Program-made: the position numbers and the translations under genes
The notes under the pieces: generated by a model
Told to the model about the DNA's origin: nothing
Seen by the model: only the letters and a program-made list of their open reading frames with translations
The model's database searches: none
Source of the DNA: Octopus vulgaris
Taxonomy: Eukaryota
Assembly (NCBI GenBank): GCA_951406725.2
Contig: OX597815.1
Coordinates: 194,556,001 to 194,620,000 of the forward strand
Reading direction: 5' to 3'
DNA length: 64,000 bases
Shown: piece after piece, positions 54,330-64,000 of the stretch
Numbering within the stretch: position 1 is the first letter of the stretch
Layout of the letters: the number at the start of each line of letters is the position of its first letter

Positions 54330-55410
54330 TACCTAATTCATCACAGAGTCTGTAACATGCAGATGGGTCGTGAACATTAAGTTTAACACTTGTTGTAACG
54401 TACAAGATACTGGACATCAAGACATTGAAGATGTTGACCACAGATTAGATGCACCACTGGAAAATAGACGTGGACAGGCCGTACATAGCAAGGGCTTTAG
54501 AAAGACGAGATCCTGGCAAAAACAGAAGACCTGATACCCCGAATTCTAAACCATATGATTTGCTCCATTAAGACAGAAGCATGGTATTTCGAAAATGTGT
54601 TTGATGTCCCCGAAAAGGAACTTACACCAAACGATCGAGGCAGATTGGAACACTATACGCAGCTTCGGCTGCACAAAGCAGAAAAGGTAGTGAACAGAAA
54701 ATGCCCAGATCGGATACAGGATGCAGACGTCGGCTAACTGCATCACAACGGTGGCATCATAGTACTGGCTTGAAAATGCAGATAGAAGGTTGGATAATCG
54801 CTGCATCATTTCAGAGACTTGCAACTACAGACTATCGTCATCGCCTCAATAAAGATGGATTGGATCCACAATACAAGATTTGTGAAAATGTGAAGAAACC
54901 ATCATTTATCTTGCCTCTGGATTCTTGGGACTAGCAAAGACCAAATGCAGTCACTGGCATAACAAGACTGTGACCTACCTGCAATGAAAATATGTCGGTG
55001 TTTCCAAATCAAAGCAACTGAGAAATGGTATGAACATCAACCGAACATTAGTCATTGACACCATTGATATTACTATACTTTGTAATGTGCCTATTTGCGC
55101 TGACAGAGAGATAAAGACCAAAAAGCCTGACATCGGTATGAAGGACATGAAGGTAGATAGAAGGTGTCTATTTATTGATATCGCGCATCTTCCAAAAGAA
55201 AGACTCCATGAAGTCACAGCAAAGCTGACCTATTAGAAAAGCTTGTAGATCGAAATCGGCAGGTTATGGAATACGAAGGGCGACCGAAATGATAATCAGT
55301 TGTTAAAGTTGTACTGTGACCTATGAACAAGTCAGTAGAAAAGATAACTAGCCTTGTCGCGGGCAACATCACTAAGAAGATCATTTTACTTGAAACAGTT
55401 TACATGCTAC
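54330..55410 (+). mobile_element. Decayed Dong/R4-like LINE 3' region (zinc knuckle and REL endonuclease)
   Basis: LKMQIEGWIIAA...YRHRLNKDGLDPQYKICE and TILCNVPICADREIKTKKPDI...CLFIDIA, matching the (R/K)PD..D REL motif; several frameshifts. Confidence 0.8.
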
Positions 55411-55564
55411 TTATTACGCGTACGAACATACACACATACATACACACATGCATACATACATACATACATATGTCTGTGCTTGTCTGTATGCACGTGTGTG
55501 TACGCGTGTATTTAGATTAGAGGTTGTGATGATCACGACGAAGAGACTAACTACGACATAAACA

Positions 55565-55591
55565 ATAATGACAGTAACAGCAACAACAACG

Positions 55592-55667
<76 letters not shown>

Positions 55668-55719
55668 GAAGAAGAAGAAGAAGAACAACAACAACAACGA
55701 CAACAACAACAACAACAAC

Positions 55720-55776
<57 letters not shown>

Positions 55777-55821
55777 AAGAAGAAGAAGAAGAAGAAGAAG
55801 AAGAAGAAGAAGAAGAAGAAG

Positions 55822-55858
<37 letters not shown>

Positions 55859-55860
55859 AG
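55565..55860. repeat. Compound (AAC)n/(AAT)n/(AAG)n microsatellite; the block order occurs twice
   Basis: Read directly from the sequence. Confidence 0.95.
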
Positions 55861-56666
55861 GATGCAAAGAAGAAGGAAATTTAATAGAACTACATTAGAT
55901 AAGGCCACAAAATGAGAGCAAAAGAAAGAAAGAAAAAAATATAAAATTGAAAACAAAACGGAAAGTTTCAGAACGGAGGAAAAGTAGAGACGACTGATAA
56001 TAAATCTTTTTTTATGAGAAGGGTTAATTACATTTAGAAGTCTGAAAGAAAGAAAAAAAATATTCAACGAAATAAAACAAGGAAAATAAAAATTAACATA
56101 ATAAATAAACTAGAAAATATTGAAAATTATGTAAACAGTTAAAAAAATCCAAAAATTTGCATGACTAAACAATTATAAAGATATACCAAGCGAAGACTAT
56201 CCGAAAACCAACCCCTAGCTAAGTTAGAGTCTTCAGTGTTGAAAGTAAACTCTGATTGAATCGGAGATAAATCAATAAAGTCTTGAGCGTACACAAGCAT
56301 ACGAGAGTATAAAATAAATAGAAATATATAACCAAACTTCGTGTGTGTGTATTTGAGAATTGAAATATATTGAGAAAAAAAAAATATTTATGAAATGAAA
56401 TAACTTACGGCAGAGAACGAAGAAACGTTACTGTTCTCATCATAGATTCTATGCGAAAACAGCAACAACATCATCATCAACAACAATAACAACAAGGGCA
56501 GCAATGACAATGTTAATAATTCAGAGATGCCCCAGAAGAATTCTACTAACACAATTCAATTTAGGTTAATTCCGTGCAGAGTCGCCTTCGTATTCTTGCA
56601 ATAGATGTTGGATATGACAGGACAAATGACAATGGGAACTGTAGCTAACTGATGCAGACACGGCAC

Positions 56667-56742
<76 letters not shown>

Positions 56743-56794
56743 CACTGGAGACAATGCAGAGTTTCCTAACTCTGGTCTAGGAATATCATTATTG

Positions 56795-57437
56795 TTTTCT
56801 ATTCTAGGCACAAGGCTCGAATTTTTGGAATAGAAGGCCAGTCGATTAGATCGACCACAGTACACAGCTGGTACTTAATGTATCGAACCCGAAAGAATGA
56901 AAGGTAAAGTCGACCTCGGCGGAATTTGAACTCAGAACGTAAGGACAAAGTACCGCTAAGCGTTTCGCCCGGAGCGCTAACGTTTCTTATTTCTTTACTG
57001 GTCACAAGTAGCTACACACAGAGGGGACAAACAAGGGTAGACAAACGGATTAAGTCGATTACATCGACCCAGAGCATAACTGGTACTTATCTAATCGACC
57101 CCGAAAGGATGAAAGGCAAAGTCGACCTCGGCGGAAATTGAACTCAGAATGTAGCGGCAGACGAAATACCGCTAAGCATTCCGCCCGGAGCGCTAACGTT
57201 TCTTATTTCTTTACTGCCCACAAGGGGCTAAACACAGAGAGGACAAACAAGGACAGACAAACGGATTAAGTCGATTATATCGACCCCAGTGCGTAACTGG
57301 TACTTGCTTAATCGACCCCGAAAGGATAAAAAGTAAAGTCGACCTCGGCGGAATTTGAACACAGAACGTAACGGTAGTCGAAATACGGCTACGCATTTCG
57401 CACGGCGTGCTAACGTTTCTGCCAGCCCGCCACCTTA
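56795..57437 (-). mobile_element. SINE family A, three tandem units with a probable TSD
   Basis: gaatatcattatt on both sides (56781-56793 and 57440-57452). Confidence 0.8.
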
Positions 57438-57998
57438 TGAATATCATTATTAATTATAGAATTCTTAGGAATATCATTATTAACTATAGAATTCTATAGA
57501 AAAAATATAATTTTTTCATTACCGTTACTTTACATAAAAACACCAATGAATATTTTACCGTTCTTTCGGAAGTCGAACAAAACAAAAACATGTCCAGAGT
57601 TAACAACTCAACTATCAAAGATCAACTACAGTCTAGCTCCTAACAATGTAAGATTTCATTCCATTGTCCATACTAAATTTGTTTATTAGCGCTAATGAAC
57701 TTTATTCTAATTTTAGTTAATTGGAAAGTATTTTAGCTTCATCACTTCAAGTATGGCAGTTCCTCACATCTCTTTCTCTCTTTCTCTCTGTCTGATACAT
57801 ATGCATATAAGTGCACACATGCACACATATACACGCACTTATGTATATATAAGCATACAGGTGTAATAATTCTTCGTCAAACATCCGTGCTTCCTTCTGA
57901 TTGAATCTCAATTTGTCTCTCAATCTCTGAAAATAAAGAGATGTGACCATGTATGGGACGTCTTCGCTTATAAACCATTTCAGTACTTGTTACAAGAA

Positions 57999-58268
57999 GG
58001 AGCACTCCGTCGGTTGCGACGACGAGGGTGAAATTAACGTGCAAGTGGCTGAGCACTCCACAAACATGTGTACCCTTAACGTAGTTCTCGGGGAGATTCA
58101 GCGTGACATAGTGTGTGAGAAGGCTGACCCTTTGAAATTCAGGTACTACTCATTTTTGCCAGCGGAGTGGACTGGAGCAACGTGAAATAAAGTGTCTTGC
58201 TCAAGGACACAACGCGCTGCCGGGAATTGAACTCCGAATGCCCCTAACCACTAAGCCACGCGCCTTCA
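57999..58268 (-). mobile_element. SINE family C
   Basis: Minus strand aaggcgcgtggcttagtggttagggg...gtccttgagcaagacactt...cacttgcacgttaatttcac. Confidence 0.75.
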
Positions 58269-58365
58269 CTTGTTACAATTGTAACAACAGTCGGACTTAC
58301 CATCAAGGAGATTTTCCGTTGTTGATTTAGCTGCTAGAAATCGCTGCTAAGCAACCTTCAAATAA

Positions 58366-58550
58366 TCTTTTCTACTCTAGGCACAAGGCCCGAAATCTTT
58401 TGGGAGGGTACCAGTCGATTAGATCGACCCCAGTATGCAACTGGTACTTAATTTATCGACCTCGATGGAATTTGGACTCAGAATGTAAAGACAGACGAAA
58501 TACCGCTAAGCATTCCGCCCAGTGTACTAACGTATCTTCCAGCTTGCCGC
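58366..58550 (-). mobile_element. SINE family A, decayed
   Basis: ctactctaggcacaaggcccgaaa tail and core remnants. Confidence 0.7.
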
Positions 58551-59668
58551 GTTACAACCTTCAAATAGTAACGTACTACTTTAACACGGGAAAGCCATTA
58601 CTTATACTAGTCGGTCATGTCACAATTGCTCATAATTCTGCTCAATGAAGATTCAACCGTGGCTAAAGAAGATCAATAAACTGGAATGCGAGACAGAGTG
58701 AGTGTCGCTACGAGTTCTTTAAACCTGTTGGAAATCGCAACCATTTTCCCCTTAATGTCTCACCTTACGAATGTTTTGAAAAAAGTTAAGTACATGCTGG
58801 ATAATTTAGTCTTCAGCATTACATTGTCTCAAAGTAAATATATATAAACTTCAGGCAACTTCTAGACATAATACGATTTTAGTCACATTTAATCTAGGTT
58901 TAGCTTTGCGAATTATTAAAACTGAAACCAAATTACAAGCAAATCATGTGATGGTACATTGATGCTCTAAGTGACCGAAACTTATTCTTGCTTTAGTCTC
59001 GTGTTAAAATTTGTTAACGCTTTCTAACGCATTAGGAAAGAAAGTGACACGCCTGCTATAATGCGTTTGATCATAGGCCTGCACGGGTAGTTTTGAGATA
59101 AACAATAAAGCAGTTAAGTATGTGAGACAAATTTGTTTTAGTAAACAAGTTTAATCTCCGATTTCCATGGTAAAAGCACTTGTTATTGTGAAGAAAGAGA
59201 GCGCAGTCAAATGTTATGTATGTGTTATGAGATCAAAGTTGTTTTGCTGTGACTAATCCGTCTTTTGCTATTTTTTTTTATCACAATGTCTCTAGAGTCA
59301 CTTTGGTCAATGACATCTTGTTTTCAAGGCTGTTGAGTGAGAACTGGTTAATATTTTTAGCAGGTGGAGCGACTACATACAGTTTTCTTTGACGAATCGT
59401 GAAAAAGGTGTTAATGTTGTTTAATTTCGTATGAGCTCTAACCGAACAAAGGCGTCTCATCCATGGTCATCTTTTCTGCATATATCAGGGACTCCATGGT
59501 GCAATATGTACATTAATTGCAATAGGAGAGTGGCACTTGAGTGGAACTTGACTGTTTTTTCTCGCAAGATAGATAATATATATAAAAACTATGTAATAAA
59601 TAAACAATCACAGGAACATACACTCATGTTATAAATGTATGTATGGCAGTCAGCAGATATATATATAT

Positions 59669-59709
<41 letters not shown>

Positions 59710-59710
<1 letters not shown>

Positions 59711-59985
59711 GGCACATCGCCTAGTGGTTAGAGCAGCGGACTCGCGGTCGAGGGATCGCGGGTTCAAATCTCAGACCGAGCGATGTGTGTGTTTATGAGC
59801 GAAACACCTAAGCTCCACGCGGCTCCAGCATGTGGTAATGGCAAACTTCTGCTGACTCTTTCGCCAAAACTTTCTCTCACTCTTTCCTCCTGCATCTTGC
59901 AGCTCACCTGCGACGGACCTATACGCCAAGGATACCGGGAAACCGACCCTTATGAGCCAGGGATGGCTCGAGCAGGAACAAACAA
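59710..59985 (+). mobile_element. tRNA-derived SINE with the head of 23589 and a different 3' half
   Basis: cctagtggttagagcagcggactcgcggtcgagggatcgcgggttcaaatctc...gaaacacctaagctccacg; tail ...gcaggaacaaacaa. Confidence 0.75.
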
Positions 59986-60577
59986 TAATATATGACAGTA
60001 CAAACAGAGAGAGGCAATTATGCGGATAAACAAATTAAATATAACAGCTTGGGTTTGACATACAATATATATATATATATATATAAATCTTATATAAATC
60101 TTATATAAAATAAACTTGTATGTGTATTTCCTTTTCACGCGAAAATTTGACCTCGGTTACATAATAAGGTCTTCCGTTTATTATTTTGTTTATTAAAAAT
60201 AAATAATATTGCTTTATATATATGATTCACCTTTTTTACAAAGGTTTCTCAATGTCAACTTCCGCTATAGACGTAGCAACGGCGAAATTTTCCGTTTTCA
60301 GTTGCAAGACCTCTCACTCTCTATTATGATGTTTTCATTTCAAGTTTTAATTCTCCATTTGCAAACAACTACGATAAATTACTGAAAGAAATATTTACTA
60401 AGTTCACTTATTCAAATATTCAGTATAAGAACTTTTATTTATACGATCTTTTTATTTCGTGTTTAGTTCATTCATTGTTTGCAAAGTTCTCTCTCCCTCC
60501 CTCTCTCTTTCTCACACACAAATCAGTTACACACGCACCTTTGTAAGTACGTTTCTACACATTTATGCATGTGTGTG

Positions 60578-60638
<61 letters not shown>

Positions 60639-61034
60639 GAGTGAGTCAATCAAAGGGTGTGTTGTCATGTATATTACATATATAAATAGATATGCACACA
60701 TATTTTTTGTATGTATGTGTGTGAGAGAGAGAGAGTGGCATTCACTCACTCGCTCTCTCACACATACATACATACATACATACATACATACAAAAAAGAC
60801 GTATGCATATTTATTTTTGTATGTATGTATATATGACAACACACCTCTTCTCTTTCTCTATCACATCCATTTCATCTGATGTTTGATACTGTGTGTGATT
60901 GTGTGCGGACGTGTGGTCGTGGGCGTTCCACAATCGCCATTTATTTCAATCACTCTTGTGAAGATATTCACGTAACTGGTTTTTTGTATTTAGACATCAT
61001 TTTAATTTTCGACAAAGTTTCCGAGAACAATGTT

Positions 61035-62300
61035 CCTACACTCTATCAGAGGAGTGGGGATGGATGTAAATGATCAGTATTCTAGAGTAAAGCAAAGACG
61101 AGTACATGTAGCCACAATCAATGTTGAATTCTGGAACTCTGTTAATTTGGTTAAGTATGTTTGCAAATATATAAACAAGGAATCTGTAACATAAATTCTT
61201 ATGCAGAATGGCAGTCAGCAGATGAATAAAGATGACGAAGATGCACAGTATGACAGAGGAAGATACATGAGTACCAACGAGGCTTTTTAGTGCATCTTCA
61301 ATTTTCCCATTCATGAGAGGCACGCAGCCAAAATTCATCTGAGTGTCCATCTAGAGCAGTGCTTTTCAAACTTTTTTGCTGGAGCGGAACCCCAAGGAAA
61401 CAATGGCTCGAGGAAACCCTGTGCAATAATTTAATAGTTTTATGCACACATATCTGCACAGGAGAATTAAAAATTACTGCTGATTTTAGCAGTGTTGTAA
61501 CTTCTTGCGGAACCCTGGTTGAAAACCACTGATCTAGAGAATGGTCACAGGGTTATCTTTACAAAACAAACAGGTTTGCAACAAAAGAAGCCACCCTTAT
61601 TGCCTTTTTTAAGTTGTGTCAAGTAGTTCAAGATGCAAGAAAACTCCTTTAACTAAATTACCCATGTATTACACAATAACCCTTGTATAAACAATAACTG
61701 GCACAAGAGGATATGTAGGGCTGATGCTCTTACATGTGTTTACAGTGTCCCCCCCCCCCCAGCCAAGCACAATGCTACTACTTACGGCTTCTTTTGCATG
61801 AAGTACGTGGTCCCAAACCATTCCAAGATCCGAAGAGGGTAAATTGTCATGTGTGTGAAACTTATAAGTAAGCATGCGATCAGACAGATTTTGTTTTAGA
61901 AAATGATGAGCATTCGGACCTTGCATTGACTGAAGCATCAGTATCAGATTCTCCAAGGAAACTCCGTAGCCTTTTTGCAATTATACTGAACACGTGCCAA
62001 CTTGACAGACTCCTACAGCTTTGGATGTGCCATTGTGAGGACATGGCTGAGGATTTAAAGTATGCAGTTCAACAGGAAAACCCAAATAACAATATTCAGT
62101 TCTCCGAAACGATTTTTAACCTAGCACTGATTGAAATTGACGATCAAGTTTCGGCCATAGGAGGCAAAAATTTGGAAGAGTCTGGTTTTTGATTGCCAAA
62201 ACAAATCGTCAAATTAAGGATTTAACTTCAAGAGACATAATAAGAGAGACAAATTATGACATTAAAGTCTTGTCTGCAATTGTGAATGAGCATGAACCTA
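61035..62300 (+). pseudogene. Helitron Rep/helicase relic
   Basis: Fragments INVEFWNSV.LVKYVCKYINK, GRYMSTNEA, FPIHERH...HLSVHLENGHRV, TLIAFFKLCQ, EASVSDSPRKLRSLFAIIL..C, FNLALIEIDD, RETNYD, all colinear with Helitron RepHel. Confidence 0.85.
61357..61531. mobile_element. hAT (Charlie/Buster-type) MITE, 175 bp
   Basis: TIRs cagtgcttttcaa / ttgaaaaccactg; 8-bp TSD ATCTAGAG at 61349-61356 and 61532-61539. Confidence 0.9.
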
Positions 62301-62330
62301 AGCACTGTGTGCATATGATAACATTTTTCG

Positions 62331-62377
<47 letters not shown>

Positions 62378-62542
62378 CATTATTATTATTATTGAGTGAG
62401 AGAGCAGTGGATGCTCTCTTTCATTCTTTTGTTGTCTTACCATTTCTATTAACACACACACGCACACACACACACACGCACACACACACACACATATATA
62501 TAAACCAATTTCAACGTATTTCACCCAGATTTGACGTCGATG

Positions 62543-62668
62543 TTACTCTTTTACTCTTTTACTTGTTTCAGTCATGTGACTGTGGCCATGCTGTTGAGCA
62601 CCGCATTTAGTCGATCAAATCGACCCCAGGACTTATTCTTTGTAAGCCTAGTACTTATTCTATCGGTT
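62543..62668 (-). mobile_element. SINE family B, 3' part
   Basis: tactcttttacttgtttcagtcatgtgactgtggccatgctg... Confidence 0.8.
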
Positions 62669-62714
62669 AGTTTGTTTTGAAATAAAGAACTTGATTAGCT
62701 TAATAATCCTAACT

Positions 62715-62746
62715 TAATCCCGGGCAAAGCCGGGTTAAACTGCTAG
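62715..62746 (+). mobile_element. Helitron 3' terminus
   Basis: Hairpin cccgg-gcaaag-ccggg, then 8 nt, then CTAG|T. Confidence 0.75.
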
Positions 62747-62793
62747 TAGTACATATTATGCGATAAATAATATATGTTATACAATAAATAATA

Positions 62794-62829
<36 letters not shown>

Positions 62830-62832
<3 letters not shown>

Positions 62833-63345
62833 GGTTAAGTAATTGAAATTCTAGTGAATTCTAAAGAATTCACATGAATATGGTCCTTAACTAGGATGCA
62901 CCGGAAATCTATATGGTGTTAACCATACGACAAGTGGGGTGATTACAAATAGGAAAAAAGCAACAAGAATGGATTAAAATCTCGGTACGATCGTTTCGTA
63001 CGAGGACATCTTTAATAAGCTACAAAAAATGCAGTGAATACAGATGGCTCGTACTCGTCAGCCGAAAAAACATCAGAGAATTCCCAAACATCAAAAGGGG
63101 TAGATACAAAAGAGGTTGTAAGATTAGCTGCATTGAAGAAAGTTCGATTCATGGAGATCCGATGAAAGGTTTTAAACTTACAACCTCTTTTGTATCTACC
63201 CCTTTTGATGTTTGGGAATTCTCTGATGTTTTTTCGGCTGACGAGTACGAGCCATCTGTATTCACTGCATTTTTTGTAGCTTATTAAAGATGTCCTCGTA
63301 CGAAACGATCGTACCGAGATTTTAATCCATTCTTGTTGCTTTTTC

Positions 63346-63347
<2 letters not shown>
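62830..63347. mobile_element. Fold-back element (arms 62951-63122 / 63177-63347) with canonical hammerheads, in (TA)n
   Basis: About 172-bp near-perfect arms with a 54-nt spacer; homologous to 51017-51472. Confidence 0.85.
63234..63317 (+). ncRNA. Type I hammerhead ribozyme with long stem-loop II
   Basis: TCGG-CTGACGA-GTACGAG...CTCGTAC-GAAA-CGATCG-TA-CCGA; canonical core, 7-bp stem II, GUA site. Confidence 0.85.
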
Positions 63348-63411
<64 letters not shown>

Positions 63412-64000
63412 GGAGATAGTATGTACGCCCACAGACATACAGACAGAAGCAGAATGTATGCGTACGTTTGTGTGCGTGTGATTTAAATGCATTATATTTT
63501 CTACAGGGAGAATGGCAGAGAGAGAGAGAGATAGAGAGAGAAAGAGAGAGAGAGAGAGTGTGTGTGTATGGGGGGAGACAGTTTGAGAGAGAGTGAGAGA
63601 GTGGTAAAAGAGAACGTCAGATCGATACGGGAAGTTCTGACTGACATAAATTATTTTTCAATCGCTAATTATTTTAATAGTCAATAATGGAATAATTAAC
63701 CATATTTTAAAACCGTAGACGCCATATCTTTTGGTTTTTAGCTTGAGAATAGAAACGGCTCTGGAGAGTAGTACTTGCCGTCTTATTATTCCGCCCTCCT
63801 CCTTTTGTATTGCTTCTCATATAATGTGAAGTCAAGAAAGTCAACAAAAAATTTAATCTTTGAAGTTCTCTCTTGCTTTGTGTTTGGTTGCTATTCGTTT
63901 CTCATTTTCGTGATGCAGAATATTAATTTAACGATACGACAGCCATGTTATTCAATCATTCTTGATGGCTTCCTTCTACCCCAGTAAATAACGAAGGTTA

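Overview
AT-rich, microsatellite-dense eukaryotic intronic or intergenic DNA. I find no convincing host protein-coding exon, and almost all long ORFs in the track are translations of simple repeats. The repeat content resembles cephalopod (octopus-like) genomes; this is inference and was not checked. The window holds three tRNA-derived SINE families in many copies; 5'-truncated LINE relics (RTE, CR1-like, REL/Dong-R4-like); a full-length decayed mariner plus a second fragment; a decayed Helitron interrupted by a hAT MITE; non-autonomous Helitrons; and two degenerate U6 snRNA copies. The most striking signal is a set of unrelated short elements in (TA)n tracts that carry type I hammerhead ribozyme folds (CUGANGA...GAAA core, palindromic stem III). 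Several are arranged as long fold-back inverted repeats (34.5-35.2, 49.5-49.9, 50.0-50.5, 51.1-51.5, 62.9-63.3 kb). Two related copies show compensatory changes in all three ribozyme stems, and one joins a tRNA-type Pol III head to a hammerhead tail. These look like footprints of Penelope-like retroelements and their non-autonomous dependents. All coordinates and alignments were read by eye.
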